Positions 23,720 to 36,474 of a stretch of 64,000 bases of DNA are shown here, in pieces. Origin of the DNA: an uncultured Acidobacteriota bacterium (GTDB taxonomy: Bacteria > Acidobacteriota > Vicinamibacteria > Fen-336). The stretch lies in contig CAVUMT010000001.1 of the NCBI GenBank assembly GCA_963742595.1, positions 3,946,482 through 4,010,481 of the forward strand. The letters run 5' to 3'. The position numbers and the translations under genes were made by a program. The notes beneath the pieces are model-generated. The model had not been told where the DNA came from and made no database searches. It saw only the letters and a list, made by a program, of their open reading frames with translations. Within the stretch, counting starts at the first letter, position 1. Every line of letters begins with the position of its first letter.

Positions 23720-24546
23720 CGTGCTTCCGTTCCGCCGTCGCGCGCCCCCAGAATGGTCCCGAGATCCAGTTGGAGGCGGCGCAGGTCCATGCCGGAGCGC
23801 AGCGTCTCCGCCGAGACCCCGGTTCGGCTCCGGGCCAGGGAATCGATGGAGACGCGCAACTGCTCACGCGCCCGCTTCAACCTGCGGCTGAGGCCGGCCT
23901 TCGAACCGCCCACGGCGATCACCATCTCGTCGAGGGTGAGGTCTTGCTCGTAATGGAGGAGGATGAGCAGCTTGTCCTCCGCGGACAGGCCCTCCATCGC
24001 CTCGCGTACCAGGCCTTCGAAGAGCGATCGGTCTTCGGTGGCGACCACATCCGGCGAGCTTCCCGAGCGTTCCTGCCGCCGCGGACCGGGTCCTTCGCCC
24101 TCCAGCGGCAGCCACCGGCGATCGGCCTTGACCGCGTTGAGGGCCGCGTGGGCGACGATGGCGCCGAGCCACGTCCGGAGCGTGCTCCGCCCTTCGTAGC
24201 GCGCCATCTTCTTCCGCTCCCACAGGTCGGCGACCACCTGGTCGGCGACGTCGCTCGCGGCAGGCTCCCGGAGGAACCGGCGCGCGAAACCCCGGACGAA
24301 GTCGCCGTGGCGGGCCAGGCACTCTTCCCAGGCCCTCTCCTCGCCCTGGGCGCACGCGCTGGCGAGATAGAGGTCGTCCAGGCTGAGCCTGCGGACGTGC
24401 TCGTCGGGCGTCCGATCGGCAGACGCGGCAAGGGCCAGCTCGACCAGCCGCTCCGTGAAGGTCGATGCGTCCAGTGCGAAGCGGACGTGCACCTGCGACG
24501 CGACGAGGGCGAGAACGCGCTCGCGCTGCCCCTGTCGTGTTTGCAT
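23716..24546 (-). CDS. ECF-type RNA polymerase sigma-70 factor with N-terminal extension
   Basis: DLYLASAC..AWEE; region 2 DVADQVVADLW..RYEGRSTLRTWL; region 4 LLILLHYEQDLTLDEM..LSRRLKRAR. Confidence 0.85.
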   Translation of the reverse strand: MQTRQGQRERVLALVASQVHVRFALDASTFTERLVELALAASADRTPDEHVRRLSLDDLYLASACAQGEERAWEECLARHGDFVRGFARRFLREPAASDVADQVVADLWERKKMARYEGRSTLRTWLGAIVAHAALNAVKADRRWLPLEGEGPGPRRQERSGSSPDVVATEDRSLFEGLVREAMEGLSAEDKLLILLHYEQDLTLDEMVIAVGGSKAGLSRRLKRAREQLRVSIDSLARSRTGVSAETLRSGMDLRRLQLDLGTILGARDGGTEAR

Positions 24547-24594
24547 GACCCTCCCGCGCGAAGCATCCGGCGGAAGCACGGCTGCGTCAAGGCT

Positions 24595-24622
24595 GGAACA
24601 GATCTCCACGCGCATTGTCCAA
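24595..24622 (+). promoter_or_regulatory. Putative ECF-sigma promoter of the delta-60 protein gene
   Basis: GGAAC-N17-GTCCAA; AAAGGAG RBS at 24661-24667. Confidence 0.6.
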
Positions 24623-24674
24623 CCGGTGAAGCACCCCTCTTGCGCAGCCTCGTAGCGCGAAAAGGAGTACGTCA

Positions 24675-27600
24675 ATGCGGCTTAGTCCGTCGTCGGCGAT
24701 TCGCTGCCACCTCCGGCGCTCTGCCCTCTTCGTGCGTGGCGTGGCTCCTGGCATGGCGCTGCTGTCCTGTTTGATCGTGGCCCAACCCCTGGCCGCCGCC
24801 GACGGGGACCTCGACCCGACCTTCGGCATCGGAGGGAAGGTCATCGGCGAGAACAATGAGGGTGTTGGGACGGACAGTATTGCCATTCAGCCCGACGGCA
24901 AGATACTCATCGCGGGACGACGAGGAGTCCAGCTCGTTCGCTACAACGTGGATGGCAGCCGGGATCTGGGCTTTGGTGATGGCGGTACCGCTTCGGGGTT
25001 CGGGTTGGTCGCCCTCCAGCCGGACGGAAGGATCGTGACGGCCGGAAGCGTCGGCGTCGGTTTCCTTGTGGACATGGCGCTCAGGCGCCACAACGCCGAC
25101 GGCAGCCTGGATCCGACGTTCGGCAGCGGAGGCGAGGTCATCGATGACTGGGGGGTGGGAGGTGGCGACTCCCCCGCGAGTCTCGCTCTGCTGCCTGACG
25201 GCAGGATCCTCGTGGGGGGGACGGCCTTCAACATCCCTCCCGGCGGCGACAGCGCGGTGGTTCTGGCACGCTATCTTCCCGACGGAAGCCCGGACCCGAG
25301 CTTCGGGAGCAACGGAAGGGTCGTCGTCGACAGAGTCGGCACCAATGGTGCGGCGGCCAGGGCGTTCGCTCTCCAAACCGACGGCAAGGCCGTCGCGTTA
25401 TGGTTTGGCCTCACGTCATATCACCTCGGGCGTTACATGCCCGACGGCTCGCGCGACCCAAGCTTTGGCAGCGGCGGCGTGGTGGTCCTCAGCGACCACA
25501 CCCTGAACGATGTTGCCATCCAAGCGGACGGGAAGATCCTCGTCGGGGGATCGGTCCCTAACTCCCTGGGTTACTCCGATTTCCGCGTAAGGCGGCACAA
25601 CGCGGACGGCAGCCCGGACCTGGGCTTTGGCACGGGCGGCCATGTGACCACCGACTTCGAATCGGGCGACGACGTGGTGCGAGCCCTCGCCGTGCAGGCG
25701 GACGGGCGCATCCTTGCGGTGGGGTCTGCCCAGGGAGATGACCAAAACATCTTCAATCCCGCCTTTGCCCTCGCGCGCTACGAGATGGACGGCGCGCTGG
25801 ATTCGAGCTTCGGCACGAACGGGCGGGTGAGGACGGCATTCGATCTGGGGGGCGTCGCTTGCGGCAGCGACCGGGCCAATGCCGTCGCGCTCCAGGCCGA
25901 TGGCAAGATCATCGCCGGCGGGGTGACCTCCAATACTTCTACCGGAGAGTGCAACGAGGGCTCGCCGGCCCTCGCCCGTTATCTCAGCCTGGGCGTCCCC
26001 GATACCGATGGCGACGGCGTGCCGGATGCCACCGACAACTGTATTGAGGCGATGAACCCCGGCCAGGGGGACGCCGACGGGGACGGCATCGGGGACGTCT
26101 GCGATCCCGACACCGACGAGAGCGTGAGCGACGTTGTCGCAGCGGGCAGCACTCGCACGACGGACGCCGAGGGGGATGGCGCGACGCTGGCCGACCCGAT
26201 CGAGACCACCGTGACGAGCCCCAACGCGGGCATCCTGACCATCGCCGAGATGCCGGCCTCCTTCCCGCCGCCGGCCGGCTTCCAGCTCCTCGGCTGGCAG
26301 GTCGTGATCACCGCCCCGACAGCCTCGGCCGCGGCCCCTCTCCGGATCGTCTTCCAGCTCGACGCCTCGATCCTCCCGCCGGGCACCTTTCAACCCCAGA
26401 ACGTGATCCAGGTGTTCCGCAACGGAACCCAGGTCCCGGCGTGCTCTGGCGCTCCGGGGACGGCCGCGCCCGATCCCTGCGTCGCCAGTCGGTCGCTGAT
26501 AGCGGGCGACGTCAGGCTCGAGATCCTGACATCCACGGCCAGTACCTGGAACTTCGGAGTCTCCGAGGGGGAGGCCCCGACCGTGCCTGGCGTGCCGGCG
26601 CTGTCCGCGGGTCCCAATCCGAATCGGGGCGTCTTCAGCCTGTCCTGGACGTCGTCGACCGACACGCAGGGCGATCCCATCCTGTACTTCCTCCGGCACC
26701 GAGACAGCGACGATGCCGATTTCAGCGACGCCGTGAACGCCCTGGCGTCGAACACCCATACGTTTGCCGACCCCTTGCCGGAACAGGAAGGGACGTGGCT
26801 CTACCGGGTGAAGGCATCGGACGGGACATTCGAGAGCGACTACTCGGCGGCCTCCGCGCCGATCAAGGTCGACAGGACGGCGCCGGCCCCGCCGTCCGTG
26901 ACCGCGGACCGGCCGCCCGACTTCCCCGGGAATGGCGGGTGGTACCGGGACTCCGTGAGCCTCAGCTTCAGCTCGGGCCCGGATCCGATCCTGGGAGACG
27001 GGAGCGCGGGCAGCGGCATCGATCTGGCATCCCTCCCCGCGCCGGCCACGGTCGTGACCAGCGGCTCGACCACGGTGGAAGGCACCGTGAAGGACCTCGC
27101 GGGCAACGAGTCGGCCTCGGCCGGGCTCGCGGTGCAGGTGGACGCGACGTCGCCGTCGCTCGCGATCACATGCCCGTCGGCTCCGGTCCCGGTGGGCGCC
27201 GCGGCCAGCGCCGCCTGGACGGCCGGCGACGCCGAGTCAGGGCTGGGCACTCCCGCTTCAGGGAGCGTGCCCCTCGACACCAGCAGCGCCGGCCAGAAGA
27301 CCGCTATCGCGCCGGCGGCCCTCGACAACGTCGGCCACACCCGCAGCGCCTCCTGCACGTACTCGGTCGTGGGCGGTGCAACGTACGACTTCCGAGGTTT
27401 CTTCCCGCCCGTGGCCAACTTTCCGGCCCTGAACCGCGTGGCCGCGGGATGGATCGTTACCCTTCGTTTCAGCCTGGGTGGTAACAGGGGTCTCGGGATT
27501 TTCCCCGCCGGATATCCAAGGGTAGGGGAGATCGCCTGTGGGTCCACCGAGCCCGTGGAAGGGACCGGTGCCGCCTGTGGGTCACCTGTTCTACGTGCGC

Positions 27601-27729
27601 ATCCTCGATCAGTACATCTACCTGTGGCGGACCGACCACCGGTGGGCCGGGACCTGCCGTCAGATCGTGGTCAAGCTGGACGACGGCACCGAGCACCGCG
27701 CGAACTTCAAGTTCCTGAGAAGCCATTGA
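24675..27729 (+). CDS. Large secreted protein: delta-60 repeats + TSP type-3 repeats + Ig/FN3-like + C-terminal PxKF-like domain (frameshift ~27570)
   Basis: Repeated LDPTFG.GG / ALQPDGKI; DTDGDGVPDATDNC..DADGDGIGDVCD; YDFRGFFPPV..RFSL; shifted frame ends YIYLWRTD..CRQIVVKLDDGTEHRANFKF. Confidence 0.8.
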
Positions 27730-27750
27730 GCACTGATCAAGGGTGCTCTT

Positions 27751-28770
27751 TCATCGAAGCGCTGACGACGCCCCGATCTCGAGGTCGTACCGGACCTCCT
27801 CGCCGGGGCCGAGCCGGCGCAGGCGGCCTTCGGCTTCGAGAACGCGCCGGGGCGCCTCCCAGTTCGTGCCCGGCTCGAGGGCGCAGACGTAGTCGGCGGT
27901 GGCGAGCCGCTTCCACTGCGTGAGGCAGGGAAGCTCCGCCGCGCGCCAGGAGAGGAAGGCTCCGAAGCCGCTCGCGCGGTTGGCGATTCCGACGCGCACG
28001 CGGCCGTCCGGATCGGGCGGGGGATCGTGGAAGAAGACCTCCCCGGGGGCATCGGGACGCGGGGCCTCGAAGCGGCGGTGACCGGCGAGGCCGGCGGCCG
28101 CCGTGTCGTCGCGCGGGCGGACCTTGCCCGTGTCTCCCACGAGCTCCGACTCGGGGCTCACCACCGGAAACCCGAGGTTGCAGTGGTAGAGCATCATGTG
28201 GGGGGCCGGCGTCGAGCCTTCGTTCCGCACGCAGTCCTCGATGAGCAGGCTGTCCGCCCCCAGCCGCGTCGTGATCCGCCGCTCGAGCCGAAGGCCCTCG
28301 CCGGGGCCCGTCCTCTCGACCGCCTCGCCCGAGATCTCCAGCACGTAGTCGTCCCCGCGCCACTCCTGGACCACGCGCACCGCCTCCGCGCGGACGTGGG
28401 AGATGCGGCCGTGCAGGCCGTGTCCTTCCTCGGGCTGGCCGAAGTGGGTGAGGCCGCAGGTCGTGACGAGTCCGCCTCCGAAGGTCTTCAGCCACCCGTA
28501 ACCCTCGGGGTCGTACCGTTCGGGCCCGCCGAGGTTCGGGTGGATCCACGCGAGGGCACGCCCCGCGTGCTCCGCCGCGCCCACGTCGAGCGCGCGGTCG
28601 AGGAGGACCTGGAATCGCAGCCCGCTTCCCGTCCAGACGTCGGCGACGCGCAGGCCCGAGCCGTGGCCCTCGTGGAGGGTCATGAGCCGGACTCCCGCGA
28701 GCTGCGCGAGATACCCGGCGCGCTCGCGCAGCTCGCGGGAGGACCAGTGCCGTCCGAAGAGGAAGGGCAT
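27751..28770 (-). CDS. DUF4432 / aldose 1-epimerase-like protein
   Basis: FQVLLDRALDV, GGLVTTCGL, LHGRIS, MLYHCNLG, LPCLTQWK, YVCALEPG. Confidence 0.75.
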   Translation of the reverse strand: MPFLFGRHWSSRELRERAGYLAQLAGVRLMTLHEGHGSGLRVADVWTGSGLRFQVLLDRALDVGAAEHAGRALAWIHPNLGGPERYDPEGYGWLKTFGGGLVTTCGLTHFGQPEEGHGLHGRISHVRAEAVRVVQEWRGDDYVLEISGEAVERTGPGEGLRLERRITTRLGADSLLIEDCVRNEGSTPAPHMMLYHCNLGFPVVSPESELVGDTGKVRPRDDTAAAGLAGHRRFEAPRPDAPGEVFFHDPPPDPDGRVRVGIANRASGFGAFLSWRAAELPCLTQWKRLATADYVCALEPGTNWEAPRRVLEAEGRLRRLGPGEEVRYDLEIGASSALR

Positions 28771-28777
28771 TCGGTCG

Positions 28778-29833
28778 CTAGGCGTCCGTCTCGGTCACCA
28801 CCAGGCCGTGTGGGCTCAGATACACGGGCAGGTGCTGGAAGAGCGAGCTTTCCCCGAGGACGGCCTCCATCATCGACCGCCGATCCTCGGCCCTTGCGCT
28901 CCCCAGCAGCGTCAGCGAACCGCCTTCTCCCCCCGCCCCGTTGACCTTCACCCCCACCGCCCCATGCGCTCGGGCGCGATCGATCACGCGTTGCGCGTCC
29001 TGCCCCACGAGGTCGGGGTGCAGGCGGGCCTGCGCCGCGGTGTTGGCGTCCATGGCGCGACCCAGGGCGTCGAGATCGCCGGCGAGGACCGCCGTGCGCG
29101 AGTCCACCGCCGCCTGTCGGAGGTCGGCGAGCCGCGGATCGTCCGGGCCCGCGTCCTGGAGCTCCCGGATCACCTTCTCGTGCACCGCCGACGAGTCGTG
29201 CGAGCGACCCAGGTAGACGACCGCGAGCCGGCGCTGGAGCTCGTGCCACACGACGTGGGCGACGGGGAGATGCTCGACGCGCGCCCGCGGATACTCGTGC
29301 ATGTCGATGAAGCTGACTCCGCCGTGGGCGGAGCAGAGCTGGTCCTGGACGCCGCTCTGCCGTTTCAGCATCTCGACCTCGACGGAGTGCGCCGCCTCCG
29401 CCGCCTGCAGGGGCGTCAGCCGTCCCGGGCTGAGGGCGTCGAGCGCGCCCACGAGGGCGACCGCCACCGCCGCCGACGTCCCCATCGAGGCCCCGGGAGG
29501 TGCGTCGCAGTGGAGCCGGATGTCGAGGGCGACGTCCGGGGGGATCGCGGCGCGGCGGATGGCCGCTTCCAGAATCGGGTGGCGGCCCTCCCCGGGCCCC
29601 TCGGGGTCGACGGCGTATTCGTCGCCGAAGTCGACGGCGTGAAGCCGCACGCGCTCAGAACCGGGCCGCCGGCCGCCGCGAGAGCGAACCTCGACCTCCA
29701 CGAGCGGCGCGACCGCGATGTTGAAGACCTTGCCGTGGCGCGCGAACCAGGTGTCCGTCCACCCCCCGTTGTCGCAGATGCGCACGGGGGCCACGCTCCG
29801 GATGACGCGCTCGGGACCGCCCTGCTCACCCAT
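28778..29833 (-). CDS. GHMP-family sugar kinase (HddA/fucokinase-like)
   Basis: APVRICDNGGWTD, PPGASMGTSAA, SGVQDQ, KVNGAGGEG. Confidence 0.8.
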   Translation of the reverse strand: MGEQGGPERVIRSVAPVRICDNGGWTDTWFARHGKVFNIAVAPLVEVEVRSRGGRRPGSERVRLHAVDFGDEYAVDPEGPGEGRHPILEAAIRRAAIPPDVALDIRLHCDAPPGASMGTSAAVAVALVGALDALSPGRLTPLQAAEAAHSVEVEMLKRQSGVQDQLCSAHGGVSFIDMHEYPRARVEHLPVAHVVWHELQRRLAVVYLGRSHDSSAVHEKVIRELQDAGPDDPRLADLRQAAVDSRTAVLAGDLDALGRAMDANTAAQARLHPDLVGQDAQRVIDRARAHGAVGVKVNGAGGEGGSLTLLGSARAEDRRSMMEAVLGESSLFQHLPVYLSPHGLVVTETDA

Positions 29834-29914
29834 TCATTCGATCTCGCCGGGCGAGGATGCTATCACCTCGCCTTCGCGGCCCTCGGCGCGACACGTCCTG
29901 GAATGGGTAGATGC

Positions 29915-32327
29915 CTATTCCGAGCGGAGCACCCGGACCGGGTCGAGCCTCGACGCGCGGCGGGCGGGAACGAACGTGGCCACGAGGGCCACGAGCGCGA
30001 GAGCGACGGGGACGACGCTGAACGTCAGGGGGTCCTGGGGGCTCACGCCGAGGAGGACGCTCGCCATCGCCCGCGTCAGCGCGAGGCCGAGGGCGAGACC
30101 GGCCACCAGTCCCGTGACCACGAGCCGGAGCCCGTCGCGCATCACGAGCCCCATGATGTCGCGTCCGCGCGCCCCGATCGCGAGGCGGACGCCGATTTCG
30201 CGCGTGCGCTGGCTCACTCCATAGGACACGAGGCCGTAGAGGCCCACCGCGGCGAGCGCGAGGGCGACCACCGCGAAGACGGCAAAGAGCCCGGTGATCA
30301 CCCGATTGCTCGCGAGGACCTCGAAGAACGCGCGCTCCATCGTCTTCATCTCGTAGAGCGGCTGCTCGGGGTCCAGGCGCGCCACCGCGCGGCGCGCCGC
30401 CGCCGCCACCGGCCCCGGATCCTCCGTGCGCATGAAGAACGTGAGCGTCCGGGCGGGCTCCTGGGCGAGCGGCAGGTAGACCTGGGGGAGCGTGGGCTCG
30501 CCCGGCTCGTCGTTGACGACGTTCGCGGCCACCCCGACGATCGTGCGCCAGGACGCGGTCTCGCCTCCCAGGCGGATGCGCGTGCCGAGAGGCTCCCGGC
30601 CGGCGCAGTAGCGATGGACGAACGCCTGGTTGACGAGCGCCAGCGGGCTCGGCCCCCGTGCCGTCGCCGTCCGAGAAGGCCCGTCCCGCGACGATCGGGA
30701 TCCCCAGCGTCCGGAAGTAGCCGGCGCTCACCACCTCGCGGGCCGCCCAGGGGCGGGCCTCCTCGCGCGGGGGCTCGGCCCCCTCCAGGCTCAGGACCTC
30801 CGTCCGGAGCGACTCGATGACCGGACGCGCGGTCGCGGCGGCCACGCTGGAGACGTGCGGGAGGGCGGCGAGCGCCCCCTGGAGCTCGTCCTGGAACGCG
30901 CGCACCGCGTCGTCGCCCGCGTAGCGGCCCTTCGGCAGGTCCGTCTTGAGCGTGAGCAGGTCCTCGTGCGCGAAGCCGAGGTCGAGCTGGCGCATCGCCA
31001 TCGCCGCGCGCACCGCGAGCCCGGCCATGAGGAGGAGGGCGACGGCGAGCGCGAGCTGGCCGGAGACGAGGAGGCCGCGCATCCGTGCCCGTCCCCGGGA
31101 CGCGCCCGCCGCCCCTCCGCCCGCGTCTTTCAGGAACGTCACGAGGTCGAGCCGCGTGGCGAGGAGCGCGGGAAGGAGGCTGAAGACGACCGGGCTCAGG
31201 AGGGAGAGGACGACGGAGAAGGCGAGGACCCGCCGGTCGACGACCACGAGCTCGAAGAAGGGCTCGAACGTCACGGAGCGGATGAGATCGAGGCCCCAGG
31301 CGGCGAGGAGGAGGCCGAGGGCGCCTCCCGCGAGGGCGAGGACCAGGCCCTCGGTGAAGAGCTGGCGCAGGAGACGACTCCGGCTCGCACCCAGGGCGGC
31401 GCGCACCGCGGTCTCCCGCTGTCGGGCCGCGCCCCGTGCGAGCATGAGGTTGGCCACGTTCGCGCAGGCCACGGCGAGCACGAGGACCACCGCCACCGCG
31501 AGCAGGGTCAAGGCGACCCACGAGCCCGCGCTCGTCATCGCCTGCCGGAACGGCATCACCGTAGCACTCCAGCCGGAATTGGTGGCCGGGTGGTCGCGCT
31601 GCAGCCTCTCCGCGCGGGCGCGGATCTCCGCCGCCGCGTCGGCGACCTCGGCCCCCGGCTTCAAACGCCCGGTCACGCGGAGCGTGCGCGTCTCCCGGTC
31701 GGAGGGGTCCGCTGAGGGGCCAAGCGGCGTCCACACGTCGATCTCGCTGAAGTTTCCGATCTCGATGTCGGGCTTGAGGACCCCCGCGACCTCGTGCGGC
31801 TCGCCGTCCAGGCGCAGGGTGCGGCCCACGACGGCGGGGTCCGAGCCGAAGTGACGGGCCCAGAACCCGTGACTGAGGAGGGCGACGCGCGGAGCACCGG
31901 GCTGGTCGTCCGCGGCTTGAAGCGCGCGGCCGCGGAGGGTCGAGAGTCCCCAGGCCTTGAAGAGGCTCGCCGTCGCGGCCAGTCCCTGCACGCGCAGGGG
32001 CTCCCCCGCTCCCGCGAGGTTGTGGGTGCGGCGGGTGAAGGCGGCGAGATCGTCGAGGGTCGCGCTCTCCTCGCGCCAGTCCGCGAAGTCGGCCCAGGCC
32101 ACGCCCATCCGCTCGTGGCTCCGCTCCGGGTGGGTGGCGAAGATCATCACCACGCGCGCGGCGTCGGGGATGGGGAGCGGCCGCAGCAGGAAGAAGTTGA
32201 GGAAGCTGAAGACGACGGCGTTCACGCCCACCGCGAGACCCAGCGTCACCACCACCACCGCGGCGAACGCGCGCTGCTTCCGGAGCTGCCGGAAGGCCAG
32301 GCGGAGGTCCTGCCCGAGCTGGTCCAT
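29915..32327 (-). CDS. Duplicated orphan ABC permease (ADOP, MacB/FtsX-like; frameshift ~30640)
   Basis: QDLRLAFRQLRK, TLGLAVGVNAVVFS, ACANVANLMLARG..RAALGA, GLYGLVSYGVSQRTREIGVRLAIGA, PARRASRLDP. Confidence 0.9.
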
Positions 32328-32492
32328 GGAGACTCCTTTGCCCGGCGGCTGGTGCAAAGGCGGGGCCACCGAGAATCGTCGGTTCGAGGCTGTGGATGGG
32401 ACAGGGGTTTCAGCCATTTCCCGGCGGCACGAGGCACGAGCCGGTGCGCGCGTTCGGACAGTGGTGTCCGAAGCTGAACAGCTGGGACCCCT

Positions 32493-32957
32493 TCAGACGG
32501 GAACGGGGCGGCGCACGATCCTCTTCGCCATCAGCATCACCAGCGACGCGACCCCCCAAAGGAGCAGCGTGGGAACCACGATCCCGATGGTGAGGTGGGC
32601 GAGGAGGTGCGCGCCCTGGCTCGCCCCGAAGCTGTACTCGGGCGCCGCGAAGATGTTGGGACGCCCGGCAATCGCGAGGACGATCCCGAGCGCCGCGATC
32701 GCCTGGAACACCACTACCTGGATCAGGACCAGCGGCAGGAGCTGCTTGTAGCTCCCAAGCCCCCGGGTGTGGACCGCCACCCCGTAGTAGAGCGTCGCCG
32801 CCCAGAGCACGACGTTCATGGAGAGCCAGCGGGCCGTGGAGTCGGCAGCTCCGGAGAGCGACCAGGCAAGGCGGGCCACGCCGACGCCCACGATCAGGAT
32901 CAGGAAGACCTTCTGGAAGGCCACGTATTGCGCGAGCGGTTTGCCGAACATTTCCAC
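32493..32957 (-). CDS. Hypothetical 4-TM membrane protein
   Basis: Intact 154-aa ORF with four hydrophobic segments, directly downstream of the DGPF gene. Confidence 0.6.
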   Translation of the reverse strand: MEMFGKPLAQYVAFQKVFLILIVGVGVARLAWSLSGAADSTARWLSMNVVLWAATLYYGVAVHTRGLGSYKQLLPLVLIQVVVFQAIAALGIVLAIAGRPNIFAAPEYSFGASQGAHLLAHLTIGIVVPTLLLWGVASLVMLMAKRIVRRPVPV

Positions 32958-32983
32958 CTCCTCGGTCGAGCCCCCGGGTCCCG

Positions 32984-33409
32984 CTATTTCTTGGCCGCGA
33001 TCTGCGCCCGCAGGCGGTCCTCCTGGGCCCGAAGCTCCGGAGTGAACTCCGCGCCGAAGTCCTCGTTTTCGAACACGGGCCGGATCTCGATCGCCGATTC
33101 CTCGCCGGTGGGGTTAGGGCAGCGCTTGACCCATTCCACCGCCTCGTCCATCGATGCGACCTTCCACAGCCAGAATCCCGCGATGAGCTCCTTCGTCTCC
33201 GTGAAGGGCCCGTCCAGGACCTTCCTCTCCTTTCCGGAGAAGAGGACCCGCTTGCCCTTCGAGCTCGGGTGGAGCCCTTCCCCGGCCAGCATCACGCCCG
33301 CCTTCACCAGCTCCTCGTTGTAGTTCCCCATGGCCGCGAGGAGCTTCTCGTCGGGCATCTGGCCCGTTTCGCTGTTCCTGTCGGCTTTGACGATCACCAT
33401 CACTCGCAT
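32984..33409 (-). CDS. YciI/DGPF-family protein
   Basis: AGEGLHPS, DGPFTETKELIAGFW, IEIRP. Confidence 0.9.
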   Translation of the reverse strand: MRVMVIVKADRNSETGQMPDEKLLAAMGNYNEELVKAGVMLAGEGLHPSSKGKRVLFSGKERKVLDGPFTETKELIAGFWLWKVASMDEAVEWVKRCPNPTGEESAIEIRPVFENEDFGAEFTPELRAQEDRLRAQIAAKK

Positions 33410-33466
33410 CGGGTCGTCTCCTCTCGCCCCCGGGCTCCCGACCGGACCGCCCCTTCTGAATAGGAC

Positions 33467-33493
33467 GACGAACGGGCCCCCACGGGATCGACA
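33467..33493 (-). promoter_or_regulatory. Putative ECF42/ECF41-type promoter of the DGPF gene
   Basis: Minus strand TGTCGA-N17-CGTC. Confidence 0.55.
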
Positions 33494-33520
33494 CGAGGGG
33501 TGTTTTTTCGTCGAGACCGA

Positions 33521-35964
<2,444 letters not shown>

Positions 35965-35968
<4 letters not shown>

Positions 35969-36462
35969 CCTTCCTGCTCCCACTCGATGGGGATCACGGT
36001 CTCGCGCCCTCGGCGCTCCTTGAGGCGGGGGAGGGTGACGATGAGGACGCCTCCCTGGAAGCGGGCCGTCGACTCGCGCAGGTCGACGGCGCCGTCGAGG
36101 GCGATCGTCCGCTCGAAGCGCCCGCTCTGGCGCTCCAGGCAGAGGAAGTTCTGCCCCGCTCCCGGCTTGCGCGCCCGCCGCTCTCCGCTGATCACGAGCT
36201 CGCGCTCGCGGCAGACGATCTTCAGCGAGTCCGGGGTGAGACCCGGCACTTCCGCGATCACCACGAGGCGTCCCCGGCTCTCGTAGACGTCGACGCTCGG
36301 GCTCCATTCCCCCTGCGCGGGACGGTCGGTGCGGTCGAGCAGCGACAGCCGCTCGAAGAGCTGGTTGACCTCCCGCTGCAGGAGGGAGACGGCGGATACC
36401 GGCAAACGAGCCGTCTTGCGCGTCACGCCGCTGAGTAGACCGCGACTACGGCCGGCGGTCAA
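35965..36462 (-). CDS. Hsp20/alpha-crystallin small heat-shock protein
   Basis: WSPSVDVYE, AEVPG, ISGERR, ERQSGRFERTIAL, A.FQGGVL.VTLP; start uncertain (GTG 36426 also possible). Confidence 0.85.
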
Positions 36463-36474
36463 GCCTGGGCGTCG

